A stretch of 44,466 nt of DNA from positions 1-44,466 of the forward strand of contig BQXS01012760.1 in NCBI GenBank assembly GCA_024181965.1, given 5' to 3'. Position numbers and translations under genes: made by a program. The notes under the pieces were generated by a model. It was not told the origin of the DNA. It searched no databases and worked only from the letters and a program-made list of their open reading frames with translations. Of this stretch, positions 8,304-18,693 are shown piece by piece. Positions within the stretch are counted from its first letter, which is position 1. Each line of letters starts with the position of its first letter. Source of the stretch: Aduncisulcus paluster. Taxonomy: Eukaryota.

Positions 8304-11169
8304 ATGAGTGATAAAATATTCGCTTCTCTTTCAAAGCTAGTGTATGTTTTATTTTTTATTTACGATGTTTTATGTGTTATCTCTCTAGTATCTAACGATT
8401 TGTCATATTCAGCACTGAATTGAAATATAGAAGGAGAGATCTTAAAGAATTACAAAAAGAATTAAAAGATGAAGCAGCTGAAGCATTTAGAATAGAACAA
8501 ATCAAGGAAGAAGCCCGGAAAAAGGAAACTATCGAGAAACAAAAAATACGGCAAATTGAAGCTTCTAATGTTATTAAAGACTTTGAAAAATATATTAAAT
8601 CCGCTTTGGAAAAAGAAGAACTTGAAGAAGCTGTGAGATTAACTGAAAATGTGATGGATTCCTCTGACATGTCTGAAATAGCGATTAAAACCCAAGAACA
8701 GGAGGAAAAAAAGCGTAAAGAATTACAAAAAGATGAAATTATGTCTGTAATCTCGGAATATGACCCTTCTTCATCAATTCCATCTGTCCCATCTTCTTCC
8801 ATGGTATATCATGTAGAGAAAGATGTAATTGACAGTATTACGAGTATAATTANNNNNNNNNNNNNNNNNNNNTATTAAAGACTTTGAAAAATATATTAAA
8901 TCCGCTTTGGAAAAAGAAGAACTTGAAGAAGCTGTGAGATTAACTGAAAATGTGATGGATTCCTCTGACATGTCTGAAATAGCGATTAAAACCCAAGAAC
9001 AGGAGGAAAAAAAGCGTAAAGAATTACAAAAAGATGAAATTATGTCTGTAATCTCGGAATATGACCCTTCTTCATCAATTCCATCTGTCCCATCTTCTTC
9101 CATGGTATATCATGTAGAGAAAGATGTAATTGACAGTATTACGAGTATAATTATTGAGAGAGAGAAATCAAAGGATATAAATCTTCTCCATGCTGCTCGT
9201 TATTGCACCAGAATAAGGAATTATCAACAAGCTGCATGTTTCATTCTTTTAAACAAATATTCGCTTCTATCCCAACAATTATCACCGACTACAGACGGAA
9301 TAATGTCGTATTTAAGGACAGTTGGTGCTGTTTTGGGCACCATTTGGAAAGAGTCAGCCCAGGTCTCCCTCTCCGTAAGATATGCCCTTTCTCTTCATAT
9401 TATTATCATAAACATAGCATACACACGTATTACAGATCTTGTAGAGCAGTTTACCAAGTCTTTACTCATATCTGATCTCCAGAGCAAATGCTCTTCCATA
9501 TCCGATCATATCTCCTCTTCTTCCTCTTCTTCCTCTTCTTCTTTCCTCCTCCTCTTCCTCTTCCTCTTCCTCTTTCTCACTTCCCAGTTCCTCTATAGTT
9601 GATGAACCCTTATTGAAGAGCATGGACATGGCCATCGCTAGTTCAGGATTGTGTATAAGTATATTAAAAAGGTTTATGAAACTCGAGAATGATACCAAAT
9701 GCACTGCGAGTTTTACACTTCTTAACGCTATTAAAGCTCGTCGTAAGATGTCTCGTAGATCTGAGCTTCAGACTTCGGATGAGATTGTTGAGGATTCCGA
9801 TCCTTCCCCTGAAATTATCATTGATCTCTCCAGACGGGTGAGTTTCATGTCTTCGCCGTTATCCTCTCTCCTCTCTGCCCTTAGCTTTGTTAATGGCGAA
9901 TGGTATAGCTTTGTCAAGATAAATAGGACAACCGAGAATCTATCGATCTCCTCCTCATCGCTTGCCATCTCTTACTTTGCTTGCTGTGCATCTATCAGTC
10001 TGAAACATAACCACTCTCTCCTCTCTTCCCCTCCATACTCTTTCTCCTTCATTGAGGATCTCTACACTGCTCTTAATCATGTAAAGGGAAGAGGAATTGA
10101 ATTATCCGTGTCTGGCATTCCCTCGTCTTCCTCTTCCTCTCCCTCTTCCTCTCCACCAAAAACTGAGAAAGAAGAGAAAGAAGAGAAAGAAGATGTGGGC
10201 GATCATGTCTCTCTGAGTCCTGTGAAGAGTGAGTCACTGGAGACATCACCAAGCAGTATGCTTCATTCAATACAAGCTCCACCAACCGCTTCAAACAATC
10301 AGCATGTCAATATAGCCCTGTGGGGAGGTATATCCAACACATTGACTATATCTGTTCTCCCCTTTCTCTCTTCCTCCTTATCGTATCTCCACAATCTCTG
10401 TCACTCTGTCCAAACACTTAAATCCCACGATGCCACACTCTCCCTATCTTCCTCTCCATTCACTTCACCCTCTTCCTCTTCCCTTTCCCTCGCTCATATA
10501 TGTTGCATTGAGATATGCCAGTCGTTGCATTCTCTCTTTCTAAAATCCCTCGAGGAGAGCGGAATGCATTTGGCTATCGAGTTACTGTGCACATTCACAG
10601 ATGAACTTAATGAGCTTGTCAAGGGAATGCAGAATGTTTTTGCAAAGATATGCTCGCTGTGTGGGTCAATATGTTGCAAACATTTTTTTGACGTGGGAAA
10701 TATTACAAATTCTGTCATTTCTCCATTTGTCAGCCTTGTACACAACCCTCTAAAAGATCATCTCTCACCAGAATTACTGAAAGTGTGTGTATCAGCATTT
10801 ATTAAGGGCGTGGGTGATCAAATTATGGGCATTTTAACGACTCGAAAGGATAAACTGCGTGATCTTCACATTGCGAGAGAAAGGGAAGGGATATATGCTG
10901 ACAAAAGAGTCGCTCAAGAGAGAGAGAAGCTCAAGAAACAGTTCCAAGTAACCAAGAAGGAGGCCCAATCCCTTGATTTCTCCATTCGTTCATTTGTAAC
11001 TGCTCTATCCAAGATGGGGATCAATGGAAGGAAAGAGATGAAGGAAGTCATGTTCGTGTGTGGTGTCCTTGGATGCGATAATCAAGAGGAAGCAGTCCAT
11101 GTGTGGAGCGGAGAGATGGGAGAGGAATGGGTCATTGATTGGATGAAGTTACAGAGACCAATTCACTAA
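8304..11169 (+). CDS. Large alpha-helical protein (~830 aa after repair), possibly an exocyst Exo84/CATCHR-type tethering subunit. Exons 8304-8341 and 8413-11169, interrupted by a gap duplication and a +1 frameshift
   Basis: ATG at 8304 and intron 8342-8412 splice in frame to ORF 8420. Removing the 301-nt gap/duplication and one T at 9542-9544 gives a 2493-nt frame. The segment LLHAARYCTRIRNYQQAACFILLNKYSLLSQQL..DGIMSYLRTVGAVLGTIWKE resembles the Exo84 C-terminal domain pattern (by eye only). The gene is well supported; the product call is weak. Confidence 0.6.
8342..8412 (+). other. Spliceosomal intron, 71 nt, phase 2
   Basis: 5' GTATGT, T-rich body, branch point CTAAC at 8392-8396, 3' TTCAG. 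Splicing gives GT+C=Val and MSDKIFASLSKLVTELKYRRR in frame. Confidence 0.88.
8572..9153. repeat. 281-nt direct duplication (8572-8852 and 8873-9153) flanking the 20-N gap at 8853-8872; likely unmerged contig overlap
   Basis: Identical sequence abuts both sides of the gap. Confidence 0.92.
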
Positions 11170-11383
11170 ATTTTTTTTTTAAAAGGCCATTGGATATTTT
11201 ATATTGGATATAAACATGAGTTATTAACTTTATTACTAAGTGCAGTCATAAAAATAAATTTATATCTTTGAAATCCTATATATATATGTAACAAAATAAA
11301 TTCATTTCAAAATTACCGGTATTTCACCGGTCAACCGAAAAATTTCCGAATAATTTATATTAGAAATTTTTAAACCTAATATA

Positions 11384-11456
11384 TCCGATGTGGTATAGCT
11401 GGTTAGAATGCATGGTTTTCACCCATGAGACCCGGGTTCGAGTCCCGGCATCGGAG
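11384..11456 (+). tRNA. trnE-TTC: tRNA-Glu, anticodon TTC, intronless
   Basis: Acceptor stem TCCGATG/CATCGGA, D arm TGGTATAGCTGGTTAGAA, anticodon stem CATGG/CCATG with loop TTTTCAC, T arm CCGGG-TTCGAGT-CCCGG, discriminator G, no encoded CCA. Confidence 0.97.
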
Positions 11457-11458
11457 TA

Positions 11459-11463
11459 TTTTT
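11459..11463 (+). terminator. RNA polymerase III oligo-T terminator
   Basis: TTTTT run starting 3 nt after the tRNA discriminator base. Confidence 0.75.
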
Positions 11464-11575
11464 CATCTTTACTTGATTTAAGCTAGATCCACACACTCAG
11501 GCTTCTTTCGAATTCCTTTCAGAAACACCCATTGATTAATTAATTAATTTCACCATAAACACGCAATTTTTATTT

Positions 11576-12784
11576 CTATACCAAATTGATATTCTGTTTC
11601 TCGAAAGCGCGAGATAATTTGTGCGATTTCTTATCATACCTCCTTTCTTCAATTTCTTTCATCCGTTTCATTTCGATGAATTCCTTTTTCCTTTCCTTTA
11701 CCAGCATGATATCCCTTTCCCGAAGCTCTGGGACCTCACTGGCACGCACAAGAGACCTTGATTTCGAAAAGTCCATTGGTTTGAGTTGAGCCAATCTGTA
11801 TGCTTTTACCATGTGTTTTGGGATAAGAATAGACCCACTATCCATCAGAACGACACCAGTCTCGTCCTTAATTCTTTTAGTGACGACATCTCTAGGTCTT
11901 GGGTATTTAATTGTGACCTCTCCTTCTTCACCCTCATACACGTACACAAAACCATCATAATCCTCGGGATATGCAGGAGCAAAGTCATAGAATTGATCAT
12001 ATTCCCTCTCATGTCCATCGAATGCGAGCATGCAGTGTCCCTTCATCTTCATGTGATCTTGAACGGCATGTTTTGTGTGGTAGACATTTCCACACCACAA
12101 ACACTGACATCCGAGATAAATTTGGTTCCCAACATAACTCAACAATCCTTCAAGATCGGATATATACTTACTTTCGGGCAGAGTGAAGCTATGCTCTGTT
12201 CGGAGATGATGAAGCAAATCACGAGGATCCTCAGATTTAATCATACGATTACAGAACATACAACATTGGGGAGGGATTGGTTTCCTGTCTCTGAAAGATT
12301 TCTCCCATTTCTCCCTCCTGAGGGCCTCTTCCTCTTCTAATTCTTCTTCTTTGATAATCAATTGTTTAATGTCAGGGAGGAGTTTCTGATCTTGGGTGAT
12401 TTCTAATTGATGGACTTTGGATTCAATCTCCTTTCTTGCCTTTGCACGATGTTTAGCTGAACGACAATGTTGCTCATAAGATTTTTCATTCGAAAATGAT
12501 TTAGAACAGCACTTGCAGGTGATTTTTTGCTTGTCTACCTTCTCCTTTCTTTTCCCTTTATGCCTGGTACGAGAGTATGATTCAACAACATCTTCTTCAT
12601 CTTTAAGAAGGTTTTCTTTAGGCATAGCTTCAAATTCAGAACTAGAAAGGGCTGGAAGTTTTTTCAAATGACGTTGAAGGTTGATTGTATGAAGTTCACT
12701 ATGATAATGTAATTTTTGTTCTTCCCATGATCTAAATTGCAATCTACAAGCAATACAAGTATAACTATCCAACTCTTCGGACAT
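11576..12784 (-). CDS. REI1: Cytoplasmic pre-60S maturation factor Rei1/ZNF622 (C2H2 zinc fingers), 402 aa
   Basis: YTCIAC...HYHSELHTINL, CKCCSKSF...HCRSAKH, CMFC...HLRTEHSFTLPE..Y..DLEGLLSYV, CLWC...AVQDHMKMKGHC and FYDF follow the family pattern in order. Confidence 0.93.
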   Translation of the reverse strand: MSEELDSYTCIACRLQFRSWEEQKLHYHSELHTINLQRHLKKLPALSSSEFEAMPKENLLKDEEDVVESYSRTRHKGKRKEKVDKQKITCKCCSKSFSNEKSYEQHCRSAKHRAKARKEIESKVHQLEITQDQKLLPDIKQLIIKEEELEEEEALRREKWEKSFRDRKPIPPQCCMFCNRMIKSEDPRDLLHHLRTEHSFTLPESKYISDLEGLLSYVGNQIYLGCQCLWCGNVYHTKHAVQDHMKMKGHCMLAFDGHEREYDQFYDFAPAYPEDYDGFVYVYEGEEGEVTIKYPRPRDVVTKRIKDETGVVLMDSGSILIPKHMVKAYRLAQLKPMDFSKSRSLVRASEVPELRERDIMLVKERKKEFIEMKRMKEIEERRYDKKSHKLSRAFEKQNINLV

Positions 12785-13239
12785 TTCTGTTCCCTAGTTC
12801 GCCTCAAAAAGAGTGGATTTTATCTTGTTCGCCATATACCGATTAATCAACATATATTAGATAGGTAATCCATTTACCGTGATATTTCGAATTATAATAT
12901 TAAACCAGATAATTATTTTAAGGAAGGTTTCAAGAGATAGAAATACTTTTCCTCTAGAGCAAGATAGAAAAGATTTAGTCCAAATCCAATTAATCACACA
13001 ATTATAAAATGAATAAGTTTATCAAATAAATAAACAATAGTATTCATAATATAAATTTTCAGAGAATTATGATTATCTCCTGAATTATGCATATTTTAGA
13101 GTATGTAATGAGTGCTTTTTATTTTATTCATATTCTTAACCCCATGAACTATGGGGATTTTTTGTGCATTTTAATATATGAAAATTTCGCTTTCCGAATT
13201 TCATTTTTTGGCCATAATATAAAGTCGTATTATATTTTA

Positions 13240-14082
13240 ATGGAATATTTGGAATCTAAGAAGATATTTCCGCTATTTTCAAGCATTATTCAAGATTTAG
13301 TTATTGAAAAACCAGAGGATCATCTTTCCTTCATTCAAGAGAGATTAGCCGATAATAATCCTCCCAAACTTATTATTACTGGACCTTCTGCTAGTGGAAA
13401 AGGTAGGATTGCAAAAATGATTGTTGAAAAGTATCATAACGTTGTTCATATTTCATCCTCTGTTGTATTGCAAAAAGCCATCGACCAAGGGACAGATCTT
13501 GGAAAACGGGCTAAAGAATTCCAATCAAATGGTGAACTTGTCCCCGATTCCATAATTATCCCTCTCGTTCTTGAAGCCCTCAAGACGAAAGAGTGCCGTC
13601 AACGTGGATGGTTGCTTGATGGTTTCCCCCGCAATTCCAGACAAGCTATTGCCTTGAAACATGCTGGATTTATTGCCAATAAGATGATTTTTATTGATGT
13701 TCCCGATGAAGATCTTGTCCATCGTGCCGAACATCGGTTGTATGATGTTGACACTGGTGCCGTCTATTCTCAAATATATGAACCGCATAAGCCACCTAAA
13801 AGTATAGATTCAGATCGATTAGTGCACAGAGAATTGGATAAGCCAGAGCCTTTCAAACGTCGTGTGCGTGTATTCCGCCGTTTGATGAAAGGAGTTGCAG
13901 ATGAGTTTAAATATATCATGAGATCTGTTGATGGGACTTACTCCGTCGATGATTTGTGGGATAACGTCCTTGAGATCCTGAAACAAGCTCCTCCTCCAAT
14001 TGTTGAAGAGGATTTAACAAAGCCAGAAACCACTCTCTCGGATAAGTTTGTTGGAGGTGCCCATGGCGATGAAAAATGGTAA
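13240..14082 (+). CDS. Adenylate kinase with an N-terminal RIIa/DPY30-like dimerisation domain (AK8-like, probably flagellar), ~280 aa
   Basis: YLESKKIFPLFSSIIQDLVIEKPEDHLSF (docking domain), P-loop GPSASGKG, GELVPD, GWLLDGFPR, LID-like RLYDVDTGAVY. The upstream in-frame ATG at 13087 adds AT-rich, non-coding-like sequence, so 13240 is preferred. Confidence 0.88.
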   Translation: MEYLESKKIFPLFSSIIQDLVIEKPEDHLSFIQERLADNNPPKLIITGPSASGKGRIAKMIVEKYHNVVHISSSVVLQKAIDQGTDLGKRAKEFQSNGELVPDSIIIPLVLEALKTKECRQRGWLLDGFPRNSRQAIALKHAGFIANKMIFIDVPDEDLVHRAEHRLYDVDTGAVYSQIYEPHKPPKSIDSDRLVHRELDKPEPFKRRVRVFRRLMKGVADEFKYIMRSVDGTYSVDDLWDNVLEILKQAPPPIVEEDLTKPETTLSDKFVGGAHGDEKW

Positions 14083-14339
14083 ATATATTTTGAATATTAT
14101 ATTATATTTCAAGAATATTTTGCTCAACTGCTGTTATCTTTCATTATATCCCACTTGTCTCAATTTCAAGTCCTTCCTCCCCTAGATTTCCTTTTATTTT
14201 ACAATATATATTCATTATTTAGCCAATACTATATCCCAAAGTCCATATTATTCCTCATTCAATATCATTGATCAAGATTTCGACTTTTCTCTTCAAAAGA
14301 TGTTTTGATTGACATTTCATTGAGACTTTTGAGTCAAAA

Positions 14340-14845
14340 AAGTCATATTGATATCTATATTATGATATTGAGAGTTTTCCTGTGCGTAATTTCATTTCGT
14401 ACCTCCCAAAGATAAAAATCAATAAACAATTTTCCTCCGATGTTTTTTGTCGTATCGATTGTCGTTTCATCCAGTCTTTTATTATACATTACAACAATTA
14501 ACGAACATTATGACCTGAATTACAATCTTTGTTTCGGAGAAATATTTGAAAAACACTTCCTTACAGTAAAAGAATACATTACNNNNNNNNNNNNNNNNNN
14601 NNAAGTCATATTGATATCTATATTATGATATTGAGAGTTTTCCTGTGCGTAATTTCATTTCGTACCTCCCAAAGATAAAAATCAATAAACAATTTTCCTC
14701 CGATGTTTTTTGTCGTATCGATTGTCGTTTCATCCAGTCTTTTATTATACATTACAACAATTAACGAACATTATGACCTGAATTACAATCTTTGTTTCGG
14801 AGAAATATTTGAAAAACACTTCCTTACAGGAAAAGAATACATTAC
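14340..14845. repeat. 243-nt direct duplication (14340-14582 and 14603-14845) flanking the 20-N gap at 14583-14602
   Basis: Copies are identical except T at 14567 versus G at 14830. Confidence 0.9.
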
Positions 14846-14941
14846 ACTCCATTGTTCAAATTGACACATTATAATTATAAGCAAAGAACAATTATAAACA
14901 ATCCACAGACATACTGTGTCCAATGAAAAACAACAACATAA

Positions 14942-15571
14942 TCATTTCCCCTTATCTTCCGGTGAAGCTGATTCCTTTGGTGGAATTGATTTTAATCCGG
15001 CTCTGGGATTTTTGGCCCATGGTTTCCCCTCATATTCACCAACGGAGAAATAAGAAGGGCCACAGAAAGAGAATAATAGGGGATGAAGTTTCTTAATTTC
15101 AATAAATTTCTTTTTATCGTCCATAATGGAATCATCAGCAACAGAATACTCAACTTTACCAATAACAGCACAATTTGTGGGATATTCGTGGATGTCAACA
15201 AGAGAGAATGACATGCAAACAGGAAGATTCCCAGCCATAGGACAGAGCTTCTCTTTATCTTCTTCATGATAGAAAGTGTCAAATTTTTCATTTTTAATAG
15301 GATTCCTTGTACAACCACAAAAGTTAACCTCATCCAGAGTGGGAATTGATCCGATATTAACACTGAATTGTTTAGTTCTCCGGATGTTAGCTAATGTCCT
15401 GTGACTCTTGTTAATTCCAATACAAATCATCAAAGGTTGAATATTTACCCATGAAACAAACGCAAAAGCAGCATAATTAGGGCTTCCGTCAGGGTTACTG
15501 GTTCCAACAGCTGTGACAGCAGAAACAACAGCTCCATGTACTTTTGAGTGATGAAGAGGGATTTTTGTCAT
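14942..15571 (-). CDS. Flavoredoxin / flavin reductase-like FMN-binding split-barrel protein (DIM6/NTAB family), prokaryote type, 209 aa
   Basis: VGT..PDGSPN, W....P.MICIGINKSHRT..NI..TKQFSVNI, FCG, CPM, IGKV, IKKLHPLLF, YFSVGEYEGKPW match the bacterial/archaeal flavoredoxin pattern. Intronless. Confidence 0.88.
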   Translation of the reverse strand: MTKIPLHHSKVHGAVVSAVTAVGTSNPDGSPNYAAFAFVSWVNIQPLMICIGINKSHRTLANIRRTKQFSVNIGSIPTLDEVNFCGCTRNPIKNEKFDTFYHEEDKEKLCPMAGNLPVCMSFSLVDIHEYPTNCAVIGKVEYSVADDSIMDDKKKFIEIKKLHPLLFSFCGPSYFSVGEYEGKPWAKNPRAGLKSIPPKESASPEDKGK

Positions 15572-15766
15572 CGTGTTTAATAATTATTACTTTTCAGTTT
15601 ATCAAACTTGTAATTGTGAGCAAATGAAAAAGACAAAAAAAAAAAAAAAATCACTGGATGATCATATACAAGAGTGAAAGGATTCAGATATCGATGAAAA
15701 AATTCATAATTAACCATAAGATTTAATATCAAACCATATTTATTTTTTGTCACAACAGGTCTCAAC

Positions 15767-16786
15767 CTAGAAAGGTGGAGGAGTACGTTCTTGTTCTATA
15801 AATTGCGAAGATTCAATATCACAATGTTTTTTCATGGCGAATGTACACTGAAATGGACTTCTCCTATCACGAAAATTCTGCGAGATACCAGGATTGGAAT
15901 CATAATCCATTTCTTCACTCTGGATCTGAAATCCATCTTGAATAGCATCTTCCTGTTCAAGGCAATAACATTCATCATCAAAACACTCTTGTTCCTCTTG
16001 TTTGGAAACATAATATTCATCCTCAACAAGTGAGTGATGATCTTGGAGGTCGCTTGTGGTTTGGAGAGTAGGATCATCAGAAAAGGGGAGAGGATGCTCA
16101 AAACCAGAATCAAGTGGCGAAAAATATGAAGACTCACGTGGTCTTATTGCAAAACATGGCACAAATCCAGAGGAAGCATCACGAAACTCACTTGGATTAT
16201 ATGAGTTTGTCATCTCACCTTCTATCTTCGGACACGACCGAGATTCAGCTTTATCTATCCTTTCTCCCTCCATAAATGGGTAAATATCGATAGTATCTGG
16301 ATTTATACCTTCACCGTCATGTTCAATTAAAGAAGGTTGTTGTTCTGAATCGAAATAAGCCGGTGGCGAAGCATAGAGTTCTCCTGAATGCTTATGTAAA
16401 AAAGCTTGTTCAAAGGACGGAGCACCCAATTGCTTCGAAGGAACAAAATCAGCACGAAAGGTTGAATGCATTCCGGGTTTCTCATCGAGCTCGTGATCAA
16501 TCTTGTCATGATAGGGAATAAAATTGTCATTTTTAATTGGTATTTTTGAAGAATATTTCATAGGTGCATGGGAATGATCTAAATTTGGTTGATGAGAAGA
16601 TGAAGAGCAATATTTTGACTGAATTGATGTGGAAGAAGTACTAGGAGGTAGTATTGAAGGATTTTCAACGGAATTACAATATCCAAATGGTTTAAATTCG
16701 ATTTCACCGGTATATTCATTAATTGTGACAGTCGTGCGCGAGACCTTGAAGGATTTAGATGTTGCCATTATTTTCAAGTCGGACAT
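15767..16786 (-). CDS. Hypothetical, largely disordered acidic Ser/Pro-rich protein, 339 aa
   Basis: Long ATG-started ORF with coding-like composition and an AT-rich upstream region. No domain recognised. Confidence 0.7.
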   Translation of the reverse strand: MSDLKIMATSKSFKVSRTTVTINEYTGEIEFKPFGYCNSVENPSILPPSTSSTSIQSKYCSSSSHQPNLDHSHAPMKYSSKIPIKNDNFIPYHDKIDHELDEKPGMHSTFRADFVPSKQLGAPSFEQAFLHKHSGELYASPPAYFDSEQQPSLIEHDGEGINPDTIDIYPFMEGERIDKAESRSCPKIEGEMTNSYNPSEFRDASSGFVPCFAIRPRESSYFSPLDSGFEHPLPFSDDPTLQTTSDLQDHHSLVEDEYYVSKQEEQECFDDECYCLEQEDAIQDGFQIQSEEMDYDSNPGISQNFRDRRSPFQCTFAMKKHCDIESSQFIEQERTPPPF

Positions 16787-16848
16787 TAATCAATGATATG
16801 TTTGAATGTAATTCAGTGAATTTTTTTTCTGAATGAATTTCAAGATGG

Positions 16849-18083
16849 CAAAGAAAAAATATCATCAATTTCATTATTCCACCAAACTGGGAATTGTGGA
16901 GATGTCATGCCAAAAGTGTGAAGAATGACATGCTATGATATAAATATCGGCTAATATTTTAAATATTATTAATAGCTAATCGAAATATGGAAAATATATG
17001 CCTATTTTTTACTTTCTTCCAACATAACTCGAACTTCTTCTTTCTTTCTCTCATATTCTTCCCTTGAAGCCACAATTATTGAAAGTAATTTCTTTAAATC
17101 ATCTGTTGCATCTATTTCTTTACATTTTAACATCTCTTGAGCAATACTTCTTGGTTGAGGATGAGTTACGCGATGATTCAATTCTGCTTGAATTTCTTCC
17201 TCCGTGAGAAGATACATTAGAGCTTCTTTAATTTCATCTTCTTCACCTTCCTCTTCCTTTTCAACATCTGTTGAACCAAAAATATCACCAAGTAGAATGA
17301 CATGCTATGATATAAATATCGGCTAATATTTTAAATATTATTAATAGCTAATCGAAATATGGAAAATATATGCCTATTTTTTACTTTCTTCCAACATAAC
17401 TCGAACTTCTTCTTTCTTTCTCTCATATTCTTCCCTTGAAGCCACAATTATTGAAAGTAATTTCTTTAAATCATCTGTTGCATCTATTTCTTTACATTTT
17501 AACATCTCTTGAGCAATACTTCTTGGTTGAGGATGAGTTACGCGATGATTCAATTCTGCTTGAATTTCTTCCTCCGTGAGAAGATACATTAGAGCTTCTT
17601 TAATTTCATCTTCTTCACCTTCCTCTTCCTTTTCAACCAAAGAAAAAATATCATCAATTTCATTATTCCACCAAACTGGGAATTGTGGAGATGTCATGCC
17701 AAAAGTGTGAAGAATGACATGCTATGATATAAATATCGGCTAATATTTTAAATATTATTAATAGCTAATCGAAATATGGAAAATATATGCCTATTTTTTA
17801 CTTTCTTCCAACATAACTCGAACTTCTTCTTTCTTTCTCTCATATTCTTCCCTTGAAGCCACAATTATTGAAAGTAATTTCTTTAAATCATCTGTTGCAT
17901 CTATTTCTTTACATTTTAACATCTCTTGAGCAATACTTCTTGGTTGAGGATGAGTTACGCGATGATTCAATTCTGCTTGAATTTCTTCCTCCGTGAGAAG
18001 ATACATTAGAGCTTCTTTAATTTCATCTTCTTCACCTTCCTCTTCCTTTTCAACATCTGTTGAACCAAAAATATCACCAAGTA
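16849..18083. repeat. Triplicated 3' end and 3' flank of the YEATS gene: copy A 16849-17294, copy B 17294-17637, copy C 17638-18083 (contiguous with the gene)
   Basis: Apparently identical copies with abrupt junctions (ACCAAGTA|GAATGA and TTTCAAC|CAAAGA). These generate the spurious ORFs 17002-17217 and 17374-17697. Confidence 0.9.
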
Positions 18084-18603
18084 AACAACCTGAATCCTTC
18101 TGTTTTTCTCGAAGAAGTTGCAACAAAACTGCTTCAGGAATACCGGACCTTACGGATTGTAATAACATTGATTGGAATTCTATTGGAGGATTTATAAAGA
18201 AAATTGGCGTATATTCTTCAAAAACCTCTGAATCACCATCACCCAACATAAGTAAAAAATTGAGTTGTACTGGTTGAATCGATGGATGTTTGAAAGAAAT
18301 AACAATAAATATATTAAAAGGGGCATATCCCGTTTCCGAAATTTCAAAGGGAGCCTTATCTACCTTTCGAACATGGTCAGGAAAGGACTTATCTAGGAAA
18401 AAAGTCACGCTACTAACAAAATGTGATATATCTGAACCATCTATGGATCTTACATATGCGATCCATCTATGGGATGCGGGATATGCCGATTCAGTTCCTG
18501 GATTCATCAATATTTCTTTCTCTGGAAGCTTGAAACTTACATTCCCAAAACAAATAGAGTAATAAAAAAATGGCACAGTAACTTCCTCCAAGGCTTCACT
18601 CAT
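17791..18603 (-). CDS. YAF9: YEATS-domain protein, Yaf9/GAS41-like, with C-terminal coiled coil, 270 aa
   Basis: ICFGN, HRWIAYVRS, DISHFVSSVTFFLDKSFP..VRKV..APFEISETGYAPF. ATG at 18603 (MSEALEEV); the longer ORF-track start overlaps the divergent gene. Confidence 0.85.
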   Translation of the reverse strand: MSEALEEVTVPFFYYSICFGNVSFKLPEKEILMNPGTESAYPASHRWIAYVRSIDGSDISHFVSSVTFFLDKSFPDHVRKVDKAPFEISETGYAPFNIFIVISFKHPSIQPVQLNFLLMLGDGDSEVFEEYTPIFFINPPIEFQSMLLQSVRSGIPEAVLLQLLREKQKDSGCLLGDIFGSTDVEKEEEGEEDEIKEALMYLLTEEEIQAELNHRVTHPQPRSIAQEMLKCKEIDATDDLKKLLSIIVASREEYERKKEEVRVMLEESKK

Positions 18604-18693
18604 AATTATAAAATATGGTATTATATATCTTTTTATCAAAGGGTATGCTGTACAAACGCAATTTGTTCTCACTAGGGAAAATAAGAATATAAT

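Noticed and set aside
13087-13239. N-terminal extension of the adenylate kinase, or an intron starting at GTATGT 13101
   Set aside because: The extension has intergenic composition, and no acceptor AG was found that restores the frame.
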